From: an uncultured Candidatus Rokubacteria bacterium
GTDB lineage: Bacteria > Methylomirabilota > Methylomirabilia > Rokubacteriales > CSP1-6
Assembly: GCA_963754315.1 (NCBI GenBank)
Contig: CAVWFS010000001.1
Location: 192,001 to 256,000 of the forward strand
Direction of reading: 5' to 3'
Length of the DNA stretch: 64,000 nucleotides
Position 1 is the first letter of the stretch; the number at the start of each line of letters is the position of its first letter. The notes under the pieces are model-generated. The model saw nothing but the letters and a program-made list of their open reading frames with translations, was not told the origin of the DNA and ran no database searches. This document shows, in pieces, positions 1-8,922 of this stretch. Both the position numbers and the translations under genes were made by a program.

Positions 1-159
1 GGCGTTGATCCCCAGGATGCGCGCGTGGGCATAGGGGCTGCGCACGATCGCCGCGTGCAGGACACCGGGCAAGCACAGGTCATCGAGATAGCGGCCCTGG
101 CCCGTGAGAAAGCGTCGATCTTCCTTGCGTCGAATGGAGCGGCCGAAAGGTGTGGCCAT
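1..159 (-). CDS. Xanthine dehydrogenase/CoxL-family molybdopterin-binding subunit, N-terminus only (runs off window)
   Basis: Manual translation MATPFGRSIRRKEDRRFLTGQGRYLDDLCLPGVLHAAIVRSPYAHARILGINA; typical R.ED.R.LTG.G.Y.DD and RSP.AHA.I motifs. Not in ORF track because truncated. Confidence 0.9.
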   Translation of the reverse strand, partial: MATPFGRSIRRKEDRRFLTGQGRYLDDLCLPGVLHAAIVRSPYAHARILGINA

Positions 160-183
160 GTGGATCTGCAGTATAGCCCCGCG

Positions 184-213
184 TTGACATCGCTCTCGCG
201 GGCCTGCTAGAGA
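184..213 (+). promoter_or_regulatory. Possible sigma70 promoter for the NHL-repeat gene
   Basis: TTGACA at 184-189, then TG-C-TAGAGA (weak extended -10) 18 bp downstream. Confidence 0.35.
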
Positions 214-234
214 GGGAGCATCTCGACGAGAGGA

Positions 235-1173
235 GTGTCGCTGCTTATGCGCTACAAGCCGGTCGAAGGTTGGGGACGCTTGCCCGAGGGCTGGTCGTTC
301 GTGGAGGCGACCAGCGTGGCCGTGGATGCCGCCGACAACGTGTGGGTCTTCAACCGGGGCTCGCACCCCGTGATCATGTTCGACCGGGAGGGTATGTTCC
401 GGCGCGCGTGGGGGGAAGGTGTCATTCGTCGGGCCCATGGCATCACGCCTGGCCCCGACGGCACCTTGTGGTTGACCGACGACCTCCACCACACCGTTCG
501 CCAGTTCACCCCCGAGGGCACGCTGCTCCTCACCATCGGCGATCCCGATCGGCCCGCCACCCTCCAGGGTGGGAAGCCCTTCAACCGACCCACCCACGTC
601 GCCCTCTGCCCGCGCACGGGTGACATCTATGTGTCTGACGGCTACGGCAACTCGCGTGTGCACAAGTACGATCCCAAGGGCCGCCACCTGTTCTCGTGGG
701 GTGAGCCGGGGACGGATCCAGGCAGCTTCAACGTGCCGCACAACATCGCCACCGACGCCGAGGGGCTCGTGTACGTCGCCGACCGGGAGAACCATCGCGT
801 CCAGATCTTCGACGACAAGGGGCGGTACCAGGCGCAGCTCAACAACATGCACCGGCCGTGCGGCCTCTTCTCCGACCGGCGCCACGGCGGGCTCTTGTAC
901 GTGGGGGAGCTACCGACGGCCTACGCCGTGAACGCCGAGGTTCCGAATCTTGGCGCCCGGGTGAGCATCCTGACCCTGAAGGGTGATGTGGTGGGGAGGG
1001 TGGGCGGGCGCTTCGCCGGTGAGAAGCCGGGCGAGTTCGTCGCTCCGCACGGCTGCACCGTCGACTCGCGCGGTGACCTGTACGTGGCCGAGGTTGCCTG
1101 GACGGCCAAGGGTAGCCTGGAGAACCCGCCCCGCGAGGTTCGCTCGCTGCAGAAATTCGAGCAGGTGCCCTGA
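235..1173 (+). CDS. NHL-repeat beta-propeller protein, peptidyl-alpha-hydroxyglycine alpha-amidating lyase-like
   Basis: Repeated NHL motifs (FNRPTHVA, IYVSDGYGNSRVHK, FNVPHNIA, VYVADRENHRVQIF, FVAPHG). Start may be the ATG at 247. Confidence 0.85.
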   Translation: MSLLMRYKPVEGWGRLPEGWSFVEATSVAVDAADNVWVFNRGSHPVIMFDREGMFRRAWGEGVIRRAHGITPGPDGTLWLTDDLHHTVRQFTPEGTLLLTIGDPDRPATLQGGKPFNRPTHVALCPRTGDIYVSDGYGNSRVHKYDPKGRHLFSWGEPGTDPGSFNVPHNIATDAEGLVYVADRENHRVQIFDDKGRYQAQLNNMHRPCGLFSDRRHGGLLYVGELPTAYAVNAEVPNLGARVSILTLKGDVVGRVGGRFAGEKPGEFVAPHGCTVDSRGDLYVAEVAWTAKGSLENPPREVRSLQKFEQVP

Positions 1174-1210
1174 GCGCTGAGGCTGAACGTCAGGGGGTGA
1201 CTCTTCCCCG

Positions 1211-1843
1211 TTACGATGTTGCGCCGGCGACCATCACTCCATGGCGTCGCCGGGGCAACGCGAAAGCGGGGTTGCGCTCGGGCTCACAACGAAGATTGGC
1301 GTGCCGGAGGACACGCGCGTAGTTCTCGAGAACGGTGAGAGCATAGTACGGGGAGCGGTTGGCGGGGCCTCCGTTGTACTCGGCAAGAGCATCGCGAAGG
1401 ACAGGTCGGCGCGCGACGATGTCGCTCAGGTATCTCAAGGCTACGCGCGTGTTGACGTGGGGATCAAAGAGATCCTTGCGCGGGTGGCCAAGGGCACGCG
1501 CCGTGCTCGGTAGGATCTGAAAGAGACCGACTTCGCCAGCCGTGCCCACGGCATCGGGGGAGAACTGAGACTCCACCTCGACCTGGGCCAGGGCGAAGCA
1601 GTGGTCGAAGCCCAGTTCGCGCGAGACAGTCAGTAAGGTGTGGGGATAGCTCCGGAGCGTGTGGACAGGGGCATCAGGGTTACGCAGCAGGATGTAGTCG
1701 AGGATCGCCTCACGGCGCTGGTCATCGGCTCGCAACTCGGGCGCCAAACGGCCCGGATTGGACTCGGCCGACAGAGCTAGTCCCACTGCTACCAGCACGA
1801 GGATCAGGCGGCGCCGCCTGCCCGCCTTGCGCGTGAGGATCAT
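1211..1843 (-). CDS. Lytic transglycosylase (SLT domain) with N-terminal signal/anchor
   Basis: VESQF (catalytic Glu), GLFQI, LFDP..N and AEYNGGP motifs; RBS GGAGGAAAGG upstream. Confidence 0.85.
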   Translation of the reverse strand: MILTRKAGRRRRLILVLVAVGLALSAESNPGRLAPELRADDQRREAILDYILLRNPDAPVHTLRSYPHTLLTVSRELGFDHCFALAQVEVESQFSPDAVGTAGEVGLFQILPSTARALGHPRKDLFDPHVNTRVALRYLSDIVARRPVLRDALAEYNGGPANRSPYYALTVLENYARVLRHANLRCEPERNPAFALPRRRHGVMVAGATS

Positions 1844-2006
1844 GCCTTTCCTCCAATCGCCTGGTGTCGTTGCAGTCAGGCGCTAGTCTCTTGAGTGAGC
1901 CGAGGCGGGGCGGCGAGCCCAGAAATCGAGGCAGGTACTGAGGTGACGCCAGTGTCTCATACCGCGATGCGGCATGCAAGGTGGCGGCGACCCCTGTCTT
2001 GCCAGG

Positions 2007-2225
2007 CTACTTCAGGCGTCTGCGCGGGATAGTGGTCCGGAAGTCACTAGTATCGTTATCTGTTTTGCCTCCGACGGGAGTCCCGCATTCGGCGCAGCGA
2101 TAGTCGTACTTGTTCCCCGTGGGCAGCACCAGCAAGAGGTGCTTGCGGGTCTTCGTGGCCCGTCGACAACGTGGACAGAAGAGGCTGGTGGCCTCGAACT
2201 CTTCGAAACTCTCCCCCTGTGCCAT
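2007..2225 (-). CDS. Small zinc-ribbon-like cytoplasmic protein
   Basis: CPRC...CAEC Cys pairs in 72 aa; GAGGT upstream. Confidence 0.7.
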   Translation of the reverse strand: MAQGESFEEFEATSLFCPRCRRATKTRKHLLLVLPTGNKYDYRCAECGTPVGGKTDNDTSDFRTTIPRRRLK

Positions 2226-2284
2226 CGCCTGGATCTTACCTCGGCGAGGACTGCCGGGAAAGGCTTCGTGATAGCATTAACGGC

Positions 2285-2782
2285 ATGATACGTGCGAGTG
2301 CTCGCGTGCTGATCGGATCGCTTCTCGCCCTGTCGACTCTCCCTGCCCACGCCAACGACAGCGGGCCCGTGTCCCCGCCTCCGCGCTGGTCTGCCCCCCC
2401 GGTCCGCTCGGCGCCGGCGGGCAAGAGCGCGGAGGACCGATACAACGAGGGCCGCGGGTTCACGCAGAGCAAGCAGTGGGGGGCGGCTGAAGACTCCTAT
2501 CGCGAGGCCGTAAGGCTACGCGCATCGTTCCCTGAAGCATGGAACGGCTTGGGCTATGCGCTCCGACATCAGAAGAAATACGAGGAGTCGGTGCGCGCCT
2601 ACGAAGAGGCGCTCCGCCAGCGTCCCAACTACGCCGAGGCCTTGGAGTACCTCGGTGAGGCCTACGTCCAGATGGGCAAGCTCGACGAGGCGCGGGCGGT
2701 GCTCGATCGTCTGCGCCCGCTCGACCCCAAGGAAGCCGAGACCCTCGCCCAAGCGATCTCCTCCGCCACCACCAAGCGCTAG
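2285..2782 (+). CDS. Secreted tetratricopeptide-repeat protein
   Basis: Signal peptide ending AHA; TPR motifs EAWNGLGYA and AEALEYLGEAY. ATG 2285 preferred over the ORF-track start. Confidence 0.85.
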   Translation: MIRASARVLIGSLLALSTLPAHANDSGPVSPPPRWSAPPVRSAPAGKSAEDRYNEGRGFTQSKQWGAAEDSYREAVRLRASFPEAWNGLGYALRHQKKYEESVRAYEEALRQRPNYAEALEYLGEAYVQMGKLDEARAVLDRLRPLDPKEAETLAQAISSATTKR

Positions 2783-2790
2783 ACCGTCCG

Positions 2791-4374
2791 ATGTTGCGGT
2801 CGCGGCTGGCGGCCAAGATCACCCTGCTCATCGTGGCGGTCTTGATCGTCGGCTTCGGCGCTTCCACCATCTGGTCCCTGCGTCGCGAGGAGGGCCTCCT
2901 CGTCGAGCAGAACAAGATGGCGGCGCGGCGACTGACCTCCACCCTGGTGGCCAGCATCGAGGCGGCCATGCTTCAGGAGCGACCGGATGTCACGCGCGCC
3001 GTGGTCCAGGAGTTGAAGAGCACGACACCGGTAGAAGGTCTCGACGTCTACCGGCGCAACGGTGTGGAGGCGTTCACGGATCTCGCCACCCTCAATGAAG
3101 TGAAGAAGAACGCCGATCTGTCGCCCGAGGTATTGGCCAACATCCAAAAAATGCAGAGAGCCCCCGCCTCGACGGCCACGGGACCGCTCTTCGCGCAAGC
3201 GGTGGAGACCCGGAAGGTCCAGGAGGCTCTGGTCACTCAGAACGGCGTCCCGCTCTTCACCCTTCTTTACCCGGTCGCGAACCAGGAGCGGTGCCAAGGT
3301 TGCCACGGTGCGGATCATCAGGTGCGCGCGGTGGTGCGGGTCGTGACATCGATGGAGCCGGTCTTCGCCGAGGTCAGGCGCCAGCGCAACCAGCAGATTC
3401 TCATCGCTGGACTCACCATCGCTGCCGCGGGGGCCCTGCTCGCCCTCGCCATGGGGCAGGTCGTGGTGCGGCCGATCACCGCGCTGGCCAACGCCGCCCG
3501 CCGCGTTGGCAGCGGCGACTTCGCCGCGCAGGCACCCGTCCGGTCGCGAGACGAGATCGGCCAGCTCGGCGTCGCGTTCAACGAAATGACCACCCGCCTC
3601 TCTCGGGCTCACGCCGAGCTGGAGGGCAAGAACAGCGAACTGGGCACGGCCCTCAAGCACCTTCAGGAGTCGCGCGAGCGTTTGGAGCTGCTCGAGCAGC
3701 TCAAGGGCGAGCTGTCGAAGTTCGTCCCGGAAGCAGTCAAGAAGCTTCTCGAGGCCAATCCCAACGCCACCGAGCTGGAGCAGCGAAACGTCGAGGTGTC
3801 GGTCCTCTTCCTCGACATCACCGGCTACACGAAGCTCTCGGAGGAGCTGGAGCCGAGGCGCCTGAACCAGCTCGTGCAGACGTATTTCTCCAGCTTTCTG
3901 GACATCATTCACGGTCACCACGGCGACGTGAGCGCCACCGCTGGTGACGGGCTCATGGTGATCTTCCAGTCGGAGCGGAGCACCGTCGGCGACCACGCCC
4001 TCAACGCCACCCGGGCCGCCTTTGCCATCCGCCAGCGCACAGCAGCCCTCAACGAGGAGTACGGCGGTGTCTTTCCACCCGTTTCGCTGCACATGGGCCT
4101 CAATACCGGCGAGGCCCTGGTGGGTGCCACCAAGATGGGAGGCGGCGGAAGCCAGCGCTGGACGTTCACCGCTACGGGATCAACCACGAACGTGGCGGCG
4201 CGTATCGCGGCGTTCGCGGGAGCGGATGAGATCGTCGTCGGACCCGTCACCGCCGAGCGCATCAAGCAGCAGTTCGTCCTGGAGGCACTCGGCGACAGAT
4301 CGTTCAAGAACGTCTCGCAGCCGATCGCGGTCTGTCGCGTGATCCCGCCGGGAGTCTACGAGAAGATCGTGTGA
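2791..4374 (+). CDS. Membrane class III adenylate/guanylate cyclase with periplasmic CxxCH (heme c) sensor and HAMP domain
   Basis: Two TM helices; CQGCH in the extracytoplasmic part; HAMP (RPI..L...A..V..GDF...DEIGQL..AFNEM); cyclase motifs VLFLDITGYT, GDGLM, GLNTG, NVAAR. Confidence 0.9.
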   Translation: MLRSRLAAKITLLIVAVLIVGFGASTIWSLRREEGLLVEQNKMAARRLTSTLVASIEAAMLQERPDVTRAVVQELKSTTPVEGLDVYRRNGVEAFTDLATLNEVKKNADLSPEVLANIQKMQRAPASTATGPLFAQAVETRKVQEALVTQNGVPLFTLLYPVANQERCQGCHGADHQVRAVVRVVTSMEPVFAEVRRQRNQQILIAGLTIAAAGALLALAMGQVVVRPITALANAARRVGSGDFAAQAPVRSRDEIGQLGVAFNEMTTRLSRAHAELEGKNSELGTALKHLQESRERLELLEQLKGELSKFVPEAVKKLLEANPNATELEQRNVEVSVLFLDITGYTKLSEELEPRRLNQLVQTYFSSFLDIIHGHHGDVSATAGDGLMVIFQSERSTVGDHALNATRAAFAIRQRTAALNEEYGGVFPPVSLHMGLNTGEALVGATKMGGGGSQRWTFTATGSTTNVAARIAAFAGADEIVVGPVTAERIKQQFVLEALGDRSFKNVSQPIAVCRVIPPGVYEKIV

Positions 4375-5360
4375 CGGTAACCCCCGAACGCCTGCGCGGG
4401 CGCGTCCGGGTGGGGATCTGCTCGTGGGCTGATCCGGCGCTCATCGAGGATGGATCCTTCTATCCGCGGAGGTCGATGACAGCGGAGGCGCGCCTGCGGT
4501 ACTACGCCGGCGTGTTCGACGTGGTCGAGGTCAACTCGTCCTACTATGCCATTCCCGACGTGCGAACCACCGTCCAGTGGGTGGCGCGAACGCCGCCGGG
4601 CTTCATCTTCCACATCAAGGCCTTCGCGCCCATGACGGGGCATCGGGTCCGCCCCGAGGTGCTGCCGGCGTCGATGCGGGCGCTCCTGCCGGGGGCTCTG
4701 CGTCTCACCGGACGCGGCGACCTGGAGGCCTCCGCCTTGCCGCCGGAAGCCCTCGACGCCGCTTTCTCGGTGTTCCGGGCCGCCGTGGAGCCGATTGCCC
4801 AGGCTGGCAAGCTCGGCTATGTCCTCTTCCAGCTCGCGCCCTGGGTCCACTATGCGCCGGACCAGCTCGACTACCTGGCGTCTCTGCCGGGGCGATTGCC
4901 CGGGTGGACGGTCGCCGTGGAGTTTCGGCATCGCTCGTGGTACGGGGACCATGCCGAACAGACGCTCGCCGTCTTGCGAGAGGCGCGGCTGGCCCACGTC
5001 ATCGTCGATGCGCCCGCCGTCCCGAATGCGGTCCCACGCCTGGTGGCGGCCACGGCGCCAACGGCCATCGTGCGCCTTCACGGTCGCCACGGGGAGGGTT
5101 GGCTCGCGCAGCTCCGGGGCGAGGGGCCGGCCGTGCGAGAGAAGTACGACTACCTCTACACCGAGAATGAGCTGCAGGGATTGGTGCCAGAGGTGACCTC
5201 CCTCGCGGAGGAGGCCGAGCGCGTCTTCATCTCCTTCAACAACAACAATCGCGCCTACCCCGTACAGAATGCCCTCATGATGAAGCGACTGCTCGGACAG
5301 CCGGTACCGGTGGCTCCGCCCGAAGGGCGAGATCTCTTGCTTCCCGAGGGTGCCCCCTGA
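4371..5360 (+). CDS. DUF72 (YecE/YunF) family protein
   Basis: VGICSW, YAGVFDVVEVNSSYY, LFQLAP, AVEFRH.SW, VRLHGR, YLY..EL, FNNN. Confidence 0.9.
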   Translation: MTVTPERLRGRVRVGICSWADPALIEDGSFYPRRSMTAEARLRYYAGVFDVVEVNSSYYAIPDVRTTVQWVARTPPGFIFHIKAFAPMTGHRVRPEVLPASMRALLPGALRLTGRGDLEASALPPEALDAAFSVFRAAVEPIAQAGKLGYVLFQLAPWVHYAPDQLDYLASLPGRLPGWTVAVEFRHRSWYGDHAEQTLAVLREARLAHVIVDAPAVPNAVPRLVAATAPTAIVRLHGRHGEGWLAQLRGEGPAVREKYDYLYTENELQGLVPEVTSLAEEAERVFISFNNNNRAYPVQNALMMKRLLGQPVPVAPPEGRDLLLPEGAP

Positions 5361-5373
5361 GATAGTGACGGGT

Positions 5374-6375
5374 ATGGCGACCGCCGCTCCTCCGATTCCG
5401 CGGATCGAGCTGGCGAACGTGCCAACCCCGCTCCTCAAGCTCGAGCGTTTGTCGAGCGAGATCGGCGTAGAACTGTGGGTCAAGCGCGACGATCTCACCG
5501 GCTTGCTCGAGTCGGGTAACAAGGTTCGTAAGCTGGAGTTCCTGGTCGGCGACGCGCTCGCCCAGAACGCGGACACGCTCATCACCTGCGGTACCGTGCA
5601 GTCCAACTGCTGCCGGGCCGTGTCAGCGGTGGCGGCGCGGCTAGGTCTCAAGGCCATCCTCGCCCTCAAGGGCGAGCCTCCCCCGGAATCCGACGGCAAC
5701 CACCTGCTGGATCGGCTGCTCGGCGCCGAGATCCACTACTGTAGCGAGCGCGACTGGGACCAGATCGACCACGTCCTTTCGGAACTTGCCGCCCGTGCAC
5801 GTCGGGCTGGCCGGGTTCCGTACGTCATCCCGGAGAGCGGCGCTACCGTGGTGGGCGCCCTCGGCTATCTCGTCTGCGGCCAGGAGATTGCCAGCCAGAT
5901 CGGCCACGGCGCCCCTGACTTCGACACGATTGCCATCACCGCGTTCAGCGGCGGCAGTCAGGCAGGGTTGCTCATGGCCAAGCAGCTGACTTCCTTACGG
6001 GCCGAGATCGTCAGCATCCCCATCGCCTGGGCAGCGGAGAGCGTCCGCGAATACGTGACCGACGTCGTCGACCAGGCCCAGAGGCGTTTCGGCTTACCGG
6101 TCAAGGTCCCGCATGAGATCCCCGTCCTCGACGGGTGCCAGGGGGCGGGCCGGACGGAAGTGCGGGCCGCGGAACTCGAGACGGTGATCCGCCTGGCCCG
6201 CCAAGAGGGTATCGTGCTCGATCCCGTTTACACGGCCAAGGCGTTCCGAGGTCTCCTCGATGCCCTGCGGCGATCACCGGCCGAATTCGGGCGGCGCGTG
6301 TGCTTCGTGCATACCGGGGGCATCTTCAGTCTCTTCCCGTTCCGCCGGGAGCTGGGGCGGCTCTTCGAGGGGTGA
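5374..6375 (+). CDS. D-cysteine desulfhydrase / ACC deaminase family PLP enzyme
   Basis: PTPL..L.RLS, VKRDDLTG..SGNKVRKLEF, QSN, LDPVYTAKAF, FVHTGG. Confidence 0.9.
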   Translation: MATAAPPIPRIELANVPTPLLKLERLSSEIGVELWVKRDDLTGLLESGNKVRKLEFLVGDALAQNADTLITCGTVQSNCCRAVSAVAARLGLKAILALKGEPPPESDGNHLLDRLLGAEIHYCSERDWDQIDHVLSELAARARRAGRVPYVIPESGATVVGALGYLVCGQEIASQIGHGAPDFDTIAITAFSGGSQAGLLMAKQLTSLRAEIVSIPIAWAAESVREYVTDVVDQAQRRFGLPVKVPHEIPVLDGCQGAGRTEVRAAELETVIRLARQEGIVLDPVYTAKAFRGLLDALRRSPAEFGRRVCFVHTGGIFSLFPFRRELGRLFEG

Positions 6376-6397
6376 GTCTGGTAGACTCGTAGCTCCT

Positions 6398-7249
6398 ATG
6401 CCTGAGGTGCGGCTGCGGGGCGGAGAGGTCGACGGGCTCGCGTTGCATTACGTCGTGGAGGGGGAGGGCCCGCCTGTCGTGCTCCTTCACGGACTCGGCG
6501 GGTTCGGGGAGTCGTGGCGGCACAATATCCCCGCTTTGGCGCGACGCTCGCAGGTATTCGCCCTTGACCTTCCAGGGTATGGACGCTCGGCCAAACCGTG
6601 GGGGTCGTACGACTTGGGTTTCTTTGCCCGCGCCGTGCTCGGTTTCATGGACACACTGGGACTCGGGCAGGTCTCGCTCGTGGGGCACTCCCTCGGCGGC
6701 GCCGTGGCCATCACCTGCGCCCTCACGCATCCCTCGCGCGTCGAGAGGCTCTGTCTCCTCGGCGCACTCGTGCCTGGCTTCGCGTATCACCCGTCTTGGA
6801 TCTACCGGACGCTCACCGTGCGCGGTGTGGGAGAGGTGCTCGCCCTGTTCGGCAATGCCCGGGTGTACAAGGCGGCGCTCGCCCGTTGCTTTCACAAGCC
6901 GGAGCTCCGTGAGGTCGGCTTTCTGGTGGAATTCGCCTATGCGGCCCGAACCGGGCCCGAATCGCGGGCTGCCTACCTGGCCACCGTGCGCCACGTGCGT
7001 CGCGACTTCGTGGATCGGGCGGCCGCCTACCGACGAGCGCTGCTCACGCTCGATGCCCCCGTGCTGTTGATCCACGGCCATGAGGATCGTGTTGTGCCGG
7101 CGACCCACGTCGCCTCGGCGGCCGAAACCCTACCGCGGGCGACCACCCGTTGGCTCGACGCGTGCGGCCACTTTCCACAGATCGAGAGGGCCGCTGTCGT
7201 CAACTCGTGGATGGCGGACTTCCTGAGCGGTCGCCCCGCGGCTCTCTGA
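6398..7249 (+). CDS. Alpha/beta fold hydrolase
   Basis: LLHGLGG, DLPGYGRS, GHSLGG nucleophile elbow, GHFPQIE. Confidence 0.9.
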   Translation: MPEVRLRGGEVDGLALHYVVEGEGPPVVLLHGLGGFGESWRHNIPALARRSQVFALDLPGYGRSAKPWGSYDLGFFARAVLGFMDTLGLGQVSLVGHSLGGAVAITCALTHPSRVERLCLLGALVPGFAYHPSWIYRTLTVRGVGEVLALFGNARVYKAALARCFHKPELREVGFLVEFAYAARTGPESRAAYLATVRHVRRDFVDRAAAYRRALLTLDAPVLLIHGHEDRVVPATHVASAAETLPRATTRWLDACGHFPQIERAAVVNSWMADFLSGRPAAL

Positions 7250-7267
7250 GCACGTAGGAGCGGTGGC

Positions 7268-7585
7268 ATGGATGAGATCAGTCCCCAGGATCTGAAGTCG
7301 CGTCTCGATCGCGGGCAGCGCCCCGTTCTCCTCGACGTCCGTCAGGACTGGGAGACCAAGCTCTGTCGATTCGACAACGCCGTGCACATCCCCATCGAGG
7401 AGATCGAATTCCGAACCGATGAGCTGAACCCGGACGACGATATCGTCGTCTATTGTCATCAAGGTGTACGCAGCGCGGCGGTGGCCGCCTATCTACGCGA
7501 ACACGGTTTTGCCAAGGCCGTGAACCTGGCGGGTGGGCTCGACCTATGGGCGCGCACCGTGGAACCCACGATGCGACGTTATTGA
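7268..7585 (+). CDS. Single-domain rhodanese/sulfurtransferase
   Basis: LLDVR, VYCHQGVRS active-site loop, NLAGGLDLW. Confidence 0.9.
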   Translation: MDEISPQDLKSRLDRGQRPVLLDVRQDWETKLCRFDNAVHIPIEEIEFRTDELNPDDDIVVYCHQGVRSAAVAAYLREHGFAKAVNLAGGLDLWARTVEPTMRRY

Positions 7586-8066
7586 TGGGGGGCCTCGAAA
7601 GGGCCCCCCAAGCCCCCCGACGCTCGGGACGCCCCGGGGGACCCGTGGCGCCCCTCGGGACCACGCGAGCTACGGCCTCGACAGCCCCCCGGGCACCCCG
7701 GGGGACCCCGTGGCGCCCCTCGGGACCACGCGAGCTATCGGCCTCGAAGCCAGGCGCTCGGGACCCCGGGGGACCCGTGGCGCCCCTCGGGACCACGCGA
7801 GCTATCGGCCTCGACAGGGCCCCCCCACCCCCCGGTCGCGGCACCCCCCGTGGCGCCCCTCGGGACCACGCGAGCTATCGGCCTCGACAGGGCCCCCCAT
7901 CCCCCCGGTCGCTCGGGGCACCCCGGGGGACCCGTGGCGCCCCTCGGGACCACGCGAGCTATCGGCCTCGAAGGGCCCCCCAGCCCCCGTCGCTCGGGGC
8001 ACCCCGGGGGACCCGTGGCGCCCCTCGGGACCACGCGAGCTATCGGGGCCTCGACAGGGCCCCCCA
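7584..8066. repeat. Tandem array of 6 GC-rich palindromic (REP-like) units
   Basis: Core CCCGTGGCGCCCCTCGGGACCACGCGAGCTA(T)CGGCCTCGA starts at about 7642, 7707, 7774, 7847, 7931 and 8012; period about 65-84 nt; linkers are related to each other. Confidence 0.95.
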
Positions 8067-8081
8067 AGCTGGACAGTTGAG

Positions 8082-8864
8082 ATGGGCGAAGCACTTCTGA
8101 TCGAGCGGGTGGAGAGCGTGGTGCGGTGCACGATCAATCGCCCGCCTTTGAATCTCTTCGACCCGGGCATCATTGACGCGCTCCGGCGTGGCTTCAGGAA
8201 ACTGGCCGACGACGAGTCAGTGCGGGTTGTGGTCCTGACCGGCAGTGGGCGTGCCTTCACGGCCGGTATGAATGTGAACGTGCTCCGCGATCTCGATGTG
8301 AGGCGGGCCAAGACCCTCATCAGTGACCTGCACGACGCGATCGCCGCTGTGCATCAGGCGCCGTTCCCGGTGGTGGCGGAGGTGAACGGGGCGTGTCTGG
8401 GCGCGGGCTTCGAGCTGGCCATGGCTTGTGACCTGCGCGTTGCCTCCGAAGCGGCGACCTTCGGCTTGCCCGAAGTGCGGGTAGGGGTGCCGTCCGTGAT
8501 CGAGGCGGCTCTGCTACCAGCCCTGGTGGGACCGGGCCGCGCGGCGGAGATGCTGCTTTGCGGGACGCCCATGACGGCCGCCCAGGCTCTAGCTTGCGGT
8601 CTCGTCAATCGGGTCGCCCCCGCGATGGGCATGCGGCAGAGTGTGGACGAACTGGTCGGACACGTCCTGGCCTGCGCTCCCGGTGCCATCAGGCTTCAGA
8701 AGGAGTTGATGATCCGGTGGCGTCAGACGGATCTGGCCAGTGCGATACGCTTCGGTATCAACGCGTTTGCCACGGCCTATGCGAGCGGCGAGCCCCAGGA
8801 AGGGGCGCGGGCGTTCCTGGAGAAGCGGCTCCCCGACTGGAGTCGGAGCACGGGGTCAGGCTGA
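8082..8864 (+). CDS. Enoyl-CoA hydratase/isomerase (crotonase) family
   Basis: INRPPLN, AFTAGMNV, GACLGAGFELAMACDLR, FGLPEVRVG. The upstream ORF extension is repeat read-through. Confidence 0.9.
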   Translation: MGEALLIERVESVVRCTINRPPLNLFDPGIIDALRRGFRKLADDESVRVVVLTGSGRAFTAGMNVNVLRDLDVRRAKTLISDLHDAIAAVHQAPFPVVAEVNGACLGAGFELAMACDLRVASEAATFGLPEVRVGVPSVIEAALLPALVGPGRAAEMLLCGTPMTAAQALACGLVNRVAPAMGMRQSVDELVGHVLACAPGAIRLQKELMIRWRQTDLASAIRFGINAFATAYASGEPQEGARAFLEKRLPDWSRSTGSG

Positions 8865-8922
8865 GCCAGCTTCGGCTCGGTGTTGCCAAGCCCGACCTCG
8901 ATACCGTAACGTGTGGCGGGTC

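Noticed and set aside
25..210. 61-aa plus-strand ORF
   Set aside because: Shadow of the minus-strand Mo-subunit gene start.
1844..2006. c-di-AMP (ydaO) riboswitch upstream of the lytic transglycosylase
   Set aside because: The conserved GCUGAAUC, GGGGUGAAUC and GUCAGCUAA-type elements are not visible.
7584..8066. CRISPR array
   Set aside because: Inter-repeat segments are variants of one sequence and not unique spacers, lengths are irregular, no cas genes are present, and the same element occurs dispersed elsewhere.
7278..8320. Pro/Gly/Arg-rich ORFs (7278-7844, 7453-8100, N-terminal part of 7533-8864, 7735-8094, 7802-8320)
   Set aside because: Read-through of the stop-poor GC-rich repeat array; the real gene starts at 8082.
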